DNA from: Clostridium sp.
GTDB lineage: Bacteria; Bacillota; Clostridia; Clostridiales; Clostridiaceae
DNA length: 64,000 nt
NCBI RefSeq assembly: GCF_050717535.1
Contig: NZ_JBOITM010000084.1
Span: forward strand, 1,067-65,066
Reading direction: 5' to 3'
Shown: positions 10,167 through 18,757 of the stretch, piece by piece
How positions within the stretch are numbered: position 1 is the first letter of the stretch
Layout: each line of letters starts with the position of its first letter
Program-made: the position numbers and the translations under genes
Notes under the pieces: generated by a model
Seen by the model: the letters and a program-made list of their open reading frames with translations, nothing else
Told to the model about the DNA's origin: nothing
Database searches by the model: none

Positions 10167-10646
10167 TTAACTCCGATGGCTCCTTATTCCAGACAACATA
10201 GCCATAAAGGGCATAAAATTAAAAATTAAAAATACATAGGGATTATTGTTTCCAGTTTCATTAAGGATAAAAAAGGAATATCCATTATACATAGTATAAT
10301 GTTGCCATAATTGAGAATTTAACAAATGATTGCTTGGACCTATCCTATCCATAGTAAATGCGTTCGCCCAAAGCAATACTCCTAGTATCAATGTTAAGCT
10401 AACAGAAAATAAATTATTGTATACGGTTCCTTGATTAATTAAGTGTTTTCTTGCTAATAAATAGTATGAAATGACTGCTACAGCAATTGTAATAACTGCT
10501 ACAAACATCATATTATAGTGATGGTTTCTTGCCGCTGCTTCAGATGCCCATTTTGCTTGTGCCATATTAAAGATTATAAATACAAACATGGAAATAATAC
10601 TTACTATTATGTGTATTAATAATGATTTTAGATTATTTTTTACCAA
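10167..10646 (-). CDS. Hypothetical integral membrane protein (about 4 TM)
   Basis: Hydrophobic segments; TTG start with ggggg RBS. Confidence 0.7.
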   Translation of the reverse strand: MVKNNLKSLLIHIIVSIISMFVFIIFNMAQAKWASEAAARNHHYNMMFVAVITIAVAVISYYLLARKHLINQGTVYNNLFSVSLTLILGVLLWANAFTMDRIGPSNHLLNSQLWQHYTMYNGYSFFILNETGNNNPYVFLIFNFMPFMAMLSGIRSHRS

Positions 10647-10757
10647 GAAATTCCCCCCTAAGAAATAATAGTTAAGTTATAATTTAAAGAATTCTTACCA
10701 TATTTTTGTAAGTGGTTCATATTTTCTATATTTCTTATCCAACCAAAGCAAAAAAAT

Positions 10758-11138
10758 CTATAAACGTATTAATGCCAATAAAAATTTAAACATGTTAAAA
10801 TATAAGCCCATAAGCCCTATACCAGCAATACTGCCAGTAATAAACCTTCTGAAATTTGTAGACTGCTTAATATTTAAAAATTGAATTAACCAATCGCAGA
10901 ACATAATAAATAAAAATAAAAAACAAATATTTAATTTCAAAACTGTATTTGTTAAAAAGAATGGTATTGCAATAATTTGCCCAAGATAGACACCTGTACA
11001 CCTTGCGCATACTGGAAATTGCATATCAAAGGAGCGAAAACTTCTTTCGGGCATCTGGTGACATCCACCTGCAGCTCCTAGCCTATAAAGAAATAGCCAT
11101 GTCTTTTTAATATAATTTGGATAGTCAATGAATTTCAT
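10758..11138 (-). CDS. DUF2085-like membrane protein
   Basis: CHQ.PERSF....Q.PVCARCTG motif plus TM helices; the ATG at 11138 overlaps the upstream stop as TAATG. Confidence 0.8.
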   Translation of the reverse strand: MKFIDYPNYIKKTWLFLYRLGAAGGCHQMPERSFRSFDMQFPVCARCTGVYLGQIIAIPFFLTNTVLKLNICFLFLFIMFCDWLIQFLNIKQSTNFRRFITGSIAGIGLMGLYFNMFKFLLALIRL

Positions 11139-11323
11139 TAATCCATTACATGGCCACAATTAGCACAAACTCGTTTTATTTTACTTTTTCCCATACCGCA
11201 AAGTCCACATAATAAGCCCACCCATCCAAAGATTATGAATCCACAACAACCTTTTCCAGCCCCAAAACCTTTTGATTTAGATACTACTTGAATATTTTCA
11301 CTACCACAATTAGGACATGCCAT
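11138..11323 (-). CDS. Small zinc-ribbon protein with internal Gly/Cys-rich hydrophobic segment
   Basis: CPNCGS ... CANCG ends flank GCCGFIIFGWVGLLCGLCG; ggggg RBS. Confidence 0.75.
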   Translation of the reverse strand: MACPNCGSENIQVVSKSKGFGAGKGCCGFIIFGWVGLLCGLCGMGKSKIKRVCANCGHVMD

Positions 11324-11652
11324 GACAAGTTCCCCCTTAAAATTCCATTTTATATAGAACTATTCTATAGATAGTCAAAAAATCCTTCATAATTCTCTAA
11401 AAGTTTTAAAATTGTATTAAAGAATATTGCTCATATTTTTGTTTGATTTTACCATAACCACTAGTAAATCGAACCCAATAAGTTGGGGCTTATAATATGG
11501 ATACTATTAATAATTTAGATATGGAGCTAAAGGTGAGATCTTAAAAGCTGTTCAGTATGAAGAAGGTATAGAAGGCTTTACAAATAAAACAGAACATAAC
11601 AATACTTAGATTCATAATATACATAATATATTTATATTATGGAGGGAATGCT

Positions 11653-12099
11653 TTGAAAAAATTAAATCCTCAAAGTTTAAGTGTTAATTTTGGAATTGGG
11701 GCAAATAAGACAGAACCAATTATTCCTAGAAAATATACCCTTACTCATTCAGATATTACGGGAGAGTTATTTTTAACTATTGCGGAAAAATATGATTATG
11801 AGAAAATCACCGATATGAGGGACGAGGTGCTAGCAGAATGGATTATGGCTAATGATGACTATGCCTTGATGGTTAATGTCATGGTAGATAATGAGAGGAA
11901 TCCAGTAATGTCAGCTATTCGCAATGATATTTTTGTAAGAGAGCTCCCCTTAGCATTGGAGGCAATCATTTATGGCGATAGGGAGCTTTTAAAAACTAAT
12001 TCATTTTTATACAAGACACCTATTTATGTGAAATTTAATTCTGATTATCCCGTGTTTAATCGTTTAGAACTATGGGGAACGTTGTCAGATTACAAGTAG
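11653..12099 (+). CDS. Staygreen (SGR) family protein, Mg-dechelatase homolog
   Basis: PRKYTLTHSD.TGELFL.I, RDEVLAEW, ELPL.LEAI.YGD motifs. Confidence 0.9.
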   Translation: MKKLNPQSLSVNFGIGANKTEPIIPRKYTLTHSDITGELFLTIAEKYDYEKITDMRDEVLAEWIMANDDYALMVNVMVDNERNPVMSAIRNDIFVRELPLALEAIIYGDRELLKTNSFLYKTPIYVKFNSDYPVFNRLELWGTLSDYK

Positions 12100-12146
12100 A
12101 AATATTCGTCGTAGATTGTTAATATTACAAAGCGATAGGTGATGAT

Positions 12147-12641
12147 TTAATTCATCATCCATATAGCATAGTTCAAAACTCCAGCAAAGGAGACCCAAAC
12201 TATATAAGGGATCATAAGATAACCAGATGTCTTATCTATCCTATAAAACTCAAAACAAGTTAAAAGAATTAATACTAATAATAGAAGTAATTCTAAGAAA
12301 GCTATTGCATATAGCCTAAATCTAAAAAATATAATAGACCAAAGAAAGTTTAAAAATAACTGAGCACAATATAAAGTTAATGCTTTTGATACATCTTCTC
12401 CGGCTTTACCTTTCATCCAAATTCTATAAGCAGCTACAGCCATTAAAAAGAATAGAATTGTCCATACTACAGGAAAAACCCAGCCAGGGGGTGAAAAAGG
12501 TGGTTTATTGAAATTTGTATAATCACTAGAGGCGGTCATACTCAAAAGACCACTTAGTAAACCTACACCTTGTGCCAGTAGAATGCTAATAATAAGAGCA
12601 ACAATGTTTTTTTCACCGTTTACCTTGAAAATATTAAACAT
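12147..12641 (-). CDS. tspO: TspO/MBR family tryptophan-rich membrane protein
   Basis: KPPFSPPGWVFPVVWTIL, LNFLWSIIFF, PYIVWVSFA motifs. Confidence 0.92.
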   Translation of the reverse strand: MFNIFKVNGEKNIVALIISILLAQGVGLLSGLLSMTASSDYTNFNKPPFSPPGWVFPVVWTILFFLMAVAAYRIWMKGKAGEDVSKALTLYCAQLFLNFLWSIIFFRFRLYAIAFLELLLLLVLILLTCFEFYRIDKTSGYLMIPYIVWVSFAGVLNYAIWMMN

Positions 12642-12749
12642 ATTTTATCATCCTTTCTAATAATATTTAAATAGAGTTAATAGCTAAAATAAAACATTTT
12701 AACTACATACTTTATAATATATTTATTTAGGAGCTATTATATACCGGTA

Positions 12750-12904
12750 ATAACTAAGGAAGTTGTTTTTAGACTTGATGATTACTTAAATGAAATTCTT
12801 ATTTTGCCGTATTTTTTGACATACTTCATTATGAGAATATATCAAATGATAACATCAAAAAGCATATACATGATGAAGGAAAGACTGTATTTCAAAGAAT
12901 ATAA
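12750..12904 (+). pseudogene. 3' relic of a minimal nucleotidyltransferase (MNT/MntA-like) gene with a frameshift
   Basis: Hand translation ITKEVVFRLDDYLNEILILPYF, then after a one-T-short run, (F)DILHYENISNDNIKKHIHDEGKTVFQRI*. No start codon or N-terminal half present. Confidence 0.6.
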
Positions 12905-12908
12905 GAAC

Positions 12909-12958
12909 AAGTCCCCTTAATATAGTTGAAATTATTATAAACTATATTAAGGGGACTT
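12909..12958. terminator. Bidirectional terminator, perfect 19-bp inverted repeat
   Basis: aagtccccttaatatagtt ... aactatattaaggggactt. Confidence 0.85.
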
Positions 12959-13258
12959 TTATTTTTTAGAATTTTTTGAAGTGGGCCTAGCTGGTTTTAC
13001 AGTTTTCCACCTTTTTAACTTATAAGTATTTCTTGTTAAAAATTTTGCCACGAATTTAGGAAGCTTCATTTCTATTATTTTATTAGTCACTATTTCTTTC
13101 ATTTCAATCACAGTTATATCAGGTAAAGTAAATTCACCATTTTTATAGCAATGAAGGCAATACATTTCATTTAAGCTACCATCAGCTTCAGTTCCTGCAT
13201 ATTTTTCATCCTTATTTAAAGGCATTCCACAACTTTGACAATTGACATATTTCTTCAT
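12959..13258 (-). CDS. Putative zinc-ribbon domain protein
   Basis: CQSCGMPL...YC..CY..GEF...LKRW pattern. Confidence 0.85.
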   Translation of the reverse strand: MKKYVNCQSCGMPLNKDEKYAGTEADGSLNEMYCLHCYKNGEFTLPDITVIEMKEIVTNKIIEMKLPKFVAKFLTRNTYKLKRWKTVKPARPTSKNSKK

Positions 13259-13370
13259 AATAGTTCACTCCCCATCTCTAATATATAAATTAAACTGTTA
13301 ATCACATTTTAGCTTATAATATGTAACTTTAATATATAAATCTATAGGATTTTATGATTTATTAAAAAAG

Positions 13371-14324
13371 CTAGTTATCAAACCATCCTTTACGTTTAAA
13401 CCATAAAAACATTTCTACTGCAATAATAGCCATAATCAATAAAATTATTAAATAACCATACTTCCAGGTAAGTTCAGGCATGATTTCAAAATTCATACCA
13501 TAAACCCCTACTATAAATGTTAATGGTATAAATATACTTGATATAACAGTTAAAACCATCATATGTTTATTCATCCGAGATGAATTTACGGATAAGTAAT
13601 TGTCACGCATATCCGAGGTTAGTTCCCTGTTAGAAGCTATCATATCCGACAGTTTAACTAAGTGATCATAAATATCAGAAAAATATAATTTATGCTCAAA
13701 AAAGCCTATTAACCTTTCGGAGTTTGTTATTCTATATAATAAGTCACGCATAGAATTTATGGTTCTGCGCATTTTTAACAAGTCGCTTCTTATATCAAAA
13801 ACTTCATCTAGAAGGTTTCGAATATGTTTTCTTGAAACGTTATTTTCGATTTCATCTAATTTATCTTGAATTTTATTAATTGCGGGAAAGAAGTAATCAA
13901 CTATATTATCTAATATTTTATGGGCAATATAAGAAGGTCCCTTATCCCAATTTTTATTATCTGTTTTTATATTTTTCCAAGCTTCATCTAGTTCATTTAA
14001 TTCAGTAGTGTGATAAGAGACAATGTATTTATTGTCTACAAAAAGCGAGATTTCTACTGGAGCTAAAGTATTTTGATCTAGTGCGTTAAGCACAAAATAA
14101 TTATAATTATCATAATAATCTAGTTTGGGGTTATTAAAAGAAAAAACACAATCTTCTATGGATAACTGATGAAAATGAAAATGGGTTGATAATAAGGATA
14201 TTTCCTCTTCCGTAGGATTATTAAAATCCATCCAATACCACATTATGTTATCTTTTAATAGATCATCTAAAGGTAAATCACAAACCAGCTTTAAATCTTT
14301 TGTAATGGCTATTACGCGAATCAA
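13371..14324 (-). CDS. corA: CorA family Mg2+/Co2+ transporter
   Basis: PLTFIVGVYGMNF signature, MPEL, two C-terminal TMs. Confidence 0.95.
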   Translation of the reverse strand: MIRVIAITKDLKLVCDLPLDDLLKDNIMWYWMDFNNPTEEEISLLSTHFHFHQLSIEDCVFSFNNPKLDYYDNYNYFVLNALDQNTLAPVEISLFVDNKYIVSYHTTELNELDEAWKNIKTDNKNWDKGPSYIAHKILDNIVDYFFPAINKIQDKLDEIENNVSRKHIRNLLDEVFDIRSDLLKMRRTINSMRDLLYRITNSERLIGFFEHKLYFSDIYDHLVKLSDMIASNRELTSDMRDNYLSVNSSRMNKHMMVLTVISSIFIPLTFIVGVYGMNFEIMPELTWKYGYLIILLIMAIIAVEMFLWFKRKGWFDN

Positions 14325-14580
14325 ATAAATCCATCCTTTCTATAGTGTTTTTAATTTCAATACAAATAATCTACATATTAAAAACTTAATATTTTTTGGT
14401 TATACGAAAATATGAACAATAATTATTTCATAACAATTTAATTATAATACAATAATTACTAAAAACAATTAAAATATGTACTAATAAATAATTTTCAAAA
14501 CATAGTAAATACTAAGAAGTATGGAAAGATAAAACTTTATTTTAATTAATCTACTAAGATAGTTATAAAATACTTTTATC

Positions 14581-14640
14581 TTGACATATACTATAAAAAT
14601 ATATATACTTTGATTATCAAACTATTTGAAAATCAAAGTA
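14581..14640 (+). promoter_or_regulatory. SigA promoter with tandem FabT/MarR-type operator
   Basis: TTGACA(14581)-17 bp-TATACT(14604), overlapped by tactttgattatcaaactatttgaaaatcaaagta (14606-14640). Confidence 0.85.
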
Positions 14641-14656
14641 AAGGGAGAGGATAATT

Positions 14657-15730
14657 ATGAAGTTACCTCCTTTAAAAATTGGAGAATTAATAGCACGTGT
14701 TCCTATAATTCAAGGTGGTATGGGTGTGGGAGTATCTCTGTCCTCATTAGCATCAGCAGTTGCAAATGAAGGTGGAATTGGGATAATATCTACTGCTCAA
14801 ATTGGGTATAGGGAAAAAGACTTTGGAACTGATGCAAAAGAGGCAAACAAAAGAGCATTAAGAAATGAAATTATAAAAGCTAGAGAGTTAAGTCCTAAAG
14901 GAATTATAGGAATAAATATTATGGTAGCTATGAATAACTATGAGGAATTAACAACAGTTGCTTTAGAAGAGGGCATAGATATAATAATATCTGGCGCAGG
15001 TCTTGCACTTAATCTACCTAAAATAGCTAAAGGATTCAAAACAAAACTTGCGCCTATAGTATCATCAGCAAAGGCAGCTACAGTTATATCGAAAATGTGG
15101 GATAGAAAAGATAAATGCGCCGCAGATTTAATTGTTGTAGAAGGGCCAGAAGCTGGAGGACATCTTGGGTTCTCTATGGAGTCACTTATAGAAAACAAAG
15201 CTCAAGACTTATTGGACATAGTCAAAGAAGTTATTGAAGCAATTAAGCCGTTTGAAGAGAAGTATAATAAAAAAATACCAGTAGTAGCTGCTGGTGGAGT
15301 ATATACTGGAGCTGATATTGCAGAACTTATAAAAATCGGTGCTGCAGGAGTACAAATGGCTACTAGATTTGTTGCTACTGATGAATGTGATGCTAGTTTA
15401 GCATTTAAAATGGCATATATTAATTCAAAAAAAGAAGATATAAAGATAGTAAAAAGCCCTGTAGGCATGCCTGGAAGAGCTATTAATAATAATTTTATGA
15501 AGAGTGTTCAGGAAAATGGTTGTAAGGTAGATAAATGCTATTTATGCATTAAGGACTGTAATCCAAAACAAACCCCTTATTGTATTACAGAAGCGCTTAT
15601 ACAAGCGGTAAAAGGAAACTTAGATAAGGGACTTATTTTTGTAGGAAGCAACGCGGCCAAGGTAGAAAAGATTGTTTCTGTTAAAGAACTTATGAGTGAA
15701 TTAGTAACAGAAGCAGAACTTGCTCTTTAA
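14657..15730 (+). CDS. Nitronate monooxygenase-family flavoprotein, FabX/UfaA-like (C-terminal 4-Cys cluster motif)
   Basis: PIIQGGMGVGVS, EGPEAGGHLG, GVQMATRF, and CYLCIKDC-x7-C, which the canonical FabK downstream lacks. Confidence 0.8.
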   Translation: MKLPPLKIGELIARVPIIQGGMGVGVSLSSLASAVANEGGIGIISTAQIGYREKDFGTDAKEANKRALRNEIIKARELSPKGIIGINIMVAMNNYEELTTVALEEGIDIIISGAGLALNLPKIAKGFKTKLAPIVSSAKAATVISKMWDRKDKCAADLIVVEGPEAGGHLGFSMESLIENKAQDLLDIVKEVIEAIKPFEEKYNKKIPVVAAGGVYTGADIAELIKIGAAGVQMATRFVATDECDASLAFKMAYINSKKEDIKIVKSPVGMPGRAINNNFMKSVQENGCKVDKCYLCIKDCNPKQTPYCITEALIQAVKGNLDKGLIFVGSNAAKVEKIVSVKELMSELVTEAELAL

Positions 15731-15817
15731 CAGCACATATGCACAGAAGAATTAAATTTTCTTTAGATATTAAAACTTTAAATAAATGGTGATATTTTTA
15801 TGTTTAAAGTAAAAATA

Positions 15818-15877
15818 TTGACAAATAACTGGTATACAGATATACTTTGATTATCAAAGTATTTGAAAATCAAAGTA
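15818..15877 (+). promoter_or_regulatory. SigA promoter with tandem FabT/MarR-type operator (second copy)
   Basis: TTGACA(15818)-17 bp-TATACT(15841); operator 15843-15877 differs from the 14606-14640 copy at one base. Confidence 0.88.
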
Positions 15878-15895
15878 TAGGAAATGGTGATAAAC

Positions 15896-16348
15896 ATGAG
15901 CAAATGTGTTGGAGTTGTCAATGAACTTCTAGTAGAAACCTTTAATGATATAATGCAAATAGAACAGAAGGCTCTTAAAGAAGGGGTACTTAATGATTTA
16001 TCAATAACAGAAATTCATACTATTGATGCTATAGGAATGTACGAATTTAGAACTATGACACAAGTATCCCAAGATCTTAAAATAACTTTAGGCACTCTTA
16101 CTACAGCTATAAGCAAACTTATGAAAAAGGGTTATGTAGATAGAAAAAGAGGCGAAGAAGATAGAAGATCAGTAATGATTGCTCTTACTAGAAAAGGAAA
16201 ACTAGCCTATAGAATACATAACAAATTTCATTCAAATATGGTGCATGCAACTATAGATGGTCTTAATGATGAAGAAGAAGAGATATTAATAAAATCTCTT
16301 GAAAAATTAAACAATTTCTTCAAAGAAAAATACAAATTAGAAGGTTAA
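15896..16348 (+). CDS. fabT: MarR-family fatty-acid biosynthesis repressor (FabT-like)
   Basis: MarR wHTH (DLSITEIHTIDAIG...KKGYV.R.R..EDRR.V...LT.KG); first gene of the fab operon, palindromic operator upstream. Confidence 0.85.
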   Translation: MSKCVGVVNELLVETFNDIMQIEQKALKEGVLNDLSITEIHTIDAIGMYEFRTMTQVSQDLKITLGTLTTAISKLMKKGYVDRKRGEEDRRSVMIALTRKGKLAYRIHNKFHSNMVHATIDGLNDEEEEILIKSLEKLNNFFKEKYKLEG

Positions 16349-16366
16349 TGAAAGGAGCGCTAAGTA

Positions 16367-17350
16367 ATGAATGAGGTACAAATAATTGGTACAGGAAGTT
16401 ATGCTCCTCTAAATATAATGACTAATAATCAGTTATCAGAAATTGTAGATACTTCTGATGAATGGATAATTTCAAGAACCGGCATCAAGCAAAGACATAT
16501 ATCACAAGGGGAGAACACTTCTGATTTAGCCACAAAAGCAGCATTAGAGGCATTAAAAGATGCTAATATTAAAGCTGAAGATATAGATTTAATAATCCTT
16601 GCAAGTACATCCCCAGATCAATTTGTTCCAGCTACTGCATGCATAGTTCAAGGGAATATAGGAGCTGTTAACGCTATGGCCTTTGATATATCAGCAGCAT
16701 GCACAGGTTTTATATTTGCTCTTAATATAGCAATGCAATTCTTAAAAACTGGTAACCGTAAGCACGCATTAATAATAGGTGCAGAGGTATTATCAAAGAT
16801 TGTTGATTGGACAGATAGAAATACTTGTATACTATTTGGGGATGGTGCAGGAGCAGCAGTACTTGAAGCAGGTAGTGTAAGAGGAATTATTTCCGTGGAT
16901 TCAGCTTCAGAAGGACAAAAATCTCATTTTTTAACTTGTTCAACTGTAGATGTGAAAAATACTTTTACAAGTGGACATGAAGATTTTAAAGCTACAATAA
17001 GTATGGATGGCAAGGAAATCTTTAAGTTTGCAGTAAATACTATTGTAAAAAGTATAAATAAAATCTTAAATGATAATAATTATACTTTAGAAGATATTAA
17101 ATATGTGGTTTGCCATCAAGCAAATTTCAGAATAATAGATTTTGTTGTAAAAAGATTGAAAGCTGACAAAGACAAGTTCTTTGTAAACTTAGATAAGTAT
17201 GGAAATACTTCAGCAGCAAGTATAGCTATAGCATTAGACGAAATGAATAAAACAAATTTACTTACAGCTGGAGATAAAATTATACTTGTAGGCTTTGGTG
17301 GTGGATTAACCTACGGAGCTTCATTAATAGAATGGACAATTAACAAATAA
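16367..17350 (+). CDS. fabH: 3-oxoacyl-ACP synthase III
   Basis: AACTGF, CHQAN, YGNTSAAS catalytic motifs. Confidence 0.97.
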   Translation: MNEVQIIGTGSYAPLNIMTNNQLSEIVDTSDEWIISRTGIKQRHISQGENTSDLATKAALEALKDANIKAEDIDLIILASTSPDQFVPATACIVQGNIGAVNAMAFDISAACTGFIFALNIAMQFLKTGNRKHALIIGAEVLSKIVDWTDRNTCILFGDGAGAAVLEAGSVRGIISVDSASEGQKSHFLTCSTVDVKNTFTSGHEDFKATISMDGKEIFKFAVNTIVKSINKILNDNNYTLEDIKYVVCHQANFRIIDFVVKRLKADKDKFFVNLDKYGNTSAASIAIALDEMNKTNLLTAGDKIILVGFGGGLTYGASLIEWTINK

Positions 17351-17370
17351 AATATTAGGAGGAATTAATA

Positions 17371-17601
17371 ATGGTATTTGAAAAAGTTAAAAAGGTAATA
17401 GTTGAACAATTAGGAATAGATGAGGTAGAGGTTACAATGGAGGCAAATTTTGCAGATGATTTAGGAGTAGATTCTCTTGAAATATTTGAAATTGTAATGT
17501 CACTTGAGGAAGCTTTTGAGATTGAAATACCAAATGAAGATATAGAAAATATTAATGATGTAAAAGGAATTGTTAAATATATAGAAGCAAAACTTAAATA
17601 A
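17371..17601 (+). CDS. acpP: Acyl carrier protein
   Basis: DLGVDSLE phosphopantetheine site. Confidence 0.97.
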   Translation: MVFEKVKKVIVEQLGIDEVEVTMEANFADDLGVDSLEIFEIVMSLEEAFEIEIPNEDIENINDVKGIVKYIEAKLK

Positions 17602-17611
17602 TAGAAATTGT

Positions 17612-17740
17612 GGGTTAGATAATTATAGAGCTGAACTACTAAGTATAATAAAATTTAGTTTTTTTCAGTATGTTAAAAAGTATATATTACATTAAATGTA
17701 GTTCGGTAATATATACTTTTTTTCTATAATTATCTAGCCC
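17612..17740 (+). other. Structured intergenic RNA element (nested inverted repeats) between acpP and fabK
   Basis: Outer arms 17612-17629/17723-17740; perfect 16-bp inner stem 17675-17690/17706-17721; competing pairing 17631-17639 with 17698-17706. Confidence 0.65.
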
Positions 17741-17777
17741 TAACTATATGGTTTTAAGGAATCAAAGGAGGGGTAAA

Positions 17778-18710
17778 ATGTTTAATTCTGTATTTTTTGA
17801 AGATTTAGGTATAAAGTATCCAATAATACAAGGTGGAATGGCTTGGGTTGCAGATAGTAGTTTGGCATCAGCAGTATCTAATGCAGGGGGCCTCGGTATT
17901 ATAGCAGCAGCAAATGCGCCCACTGATTATATAAGAGATGAAATTAGAAAAGCAAAGAAGTTAACAGATAAACCTTTTGGTGTGAATATAATGCTACTAA
18001 GTGATAACGCAGAAGAAATTGCACATCTTGTATGCGAAGAAGGGGTTAAGGTAGTAACTACAGGGGCAGGTAATCCAGGAAAATACATGGATCTTTGGAA
18101 AGAACATGGGATTAAGGTAATACCAGTAGTAGCTTCTGTAGCATTGGCTAAGCGTATGGAGAGAGCTGGAGCAGATGCAGTCATTGCAGAAGGTTGTGAA
18201 TCTGGAGGACATATAGGTGAACTTACTACTATGGCACTAGTTCCTCAAGTTGTTGATGGAGTTAATATTCCAGTAATTGCAGCAGGTGGCATAGGGGATG
18301 GGCGTGGCGTGGCAGCAGCATTTATGCTTGGAGTACAGGGAGTTCAAGTAGGAACAAGATTTTTAGTAGCAAATGAGTGTACAATTCATGAGAATTACAA
18401 AAAAAAGGTATTAGGAGCAAAGGACATAGATTCTGTGGTTACAGGAAGACCTACAGGCCACCCAGTTAGGGTTTTAAAAAATAAGTTATCAAGACAATTT
18501 CAGAAGCTTGAAAAGGAAAATGTATCAGTAGAGGTTTTAGAAGAACTTGGACGAGGATGTCTACAAAGGGCAGTTAAAGAAGGCGATATCGAGATGGGAT
18601 CCGTTTTGGCAGGACAAATTGCAGGTCTTGTAAAGAAAGAACAAAGTTGCAAAGAAATTATAGAAGAGATGTTTACTCAGGCAGAGGAAACTATAAAAAA
18701 ACTTAGATAA
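17778..18710 (+). CDS. fabK: Enoyl-ACP reductase II
   Basis: PIIQGGMAWV, EG.ESGGHIG, GVQVGTRF, GHPVR; aggagggg RBS before ATG 17778. Confidence 0.95.
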   Translation: MFNSVFFEDLGIKYPIIQGGMAWVADSSLASAVSNAGGLGIIAAANAPTDYIRDEIRKAKKLTDKPFGVNIMLLSDNAEEIAHLVCEEGVKVVTTGAGNPGKYMDLWKEHGIKVIPVVASVALAKRMERAGADAVIAEGCESGGHIGELTTMALVPQVVDGVNIPVIAAGGIGDGRGVAAAFMLGVQGVQVGTRFLVANECTIHENYKKKVLGAKDIDSVVTGRPTGHPVRVLKNKLSRQFQKLEKENVSVEVLEELGRGCLQRAVKEGDIEMGSVLAGQIAGLVKKEQSCKEIIEEMFTQAEETIKKLR

Positions 18711-18757
18711 AAAATAATGATATTATTTCACATAGATGATAATAAGGGAGGAAAATT

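Noticed and set aside
11497-11610. Coding-like stretch (MDTINNL / YGAKGEILKAVQYEEGIEGFTNK) upstream of the staygreen gene
   Set aside because: Short, split across frames, and I cannot assign it to any family; a tblastn search would be needed.
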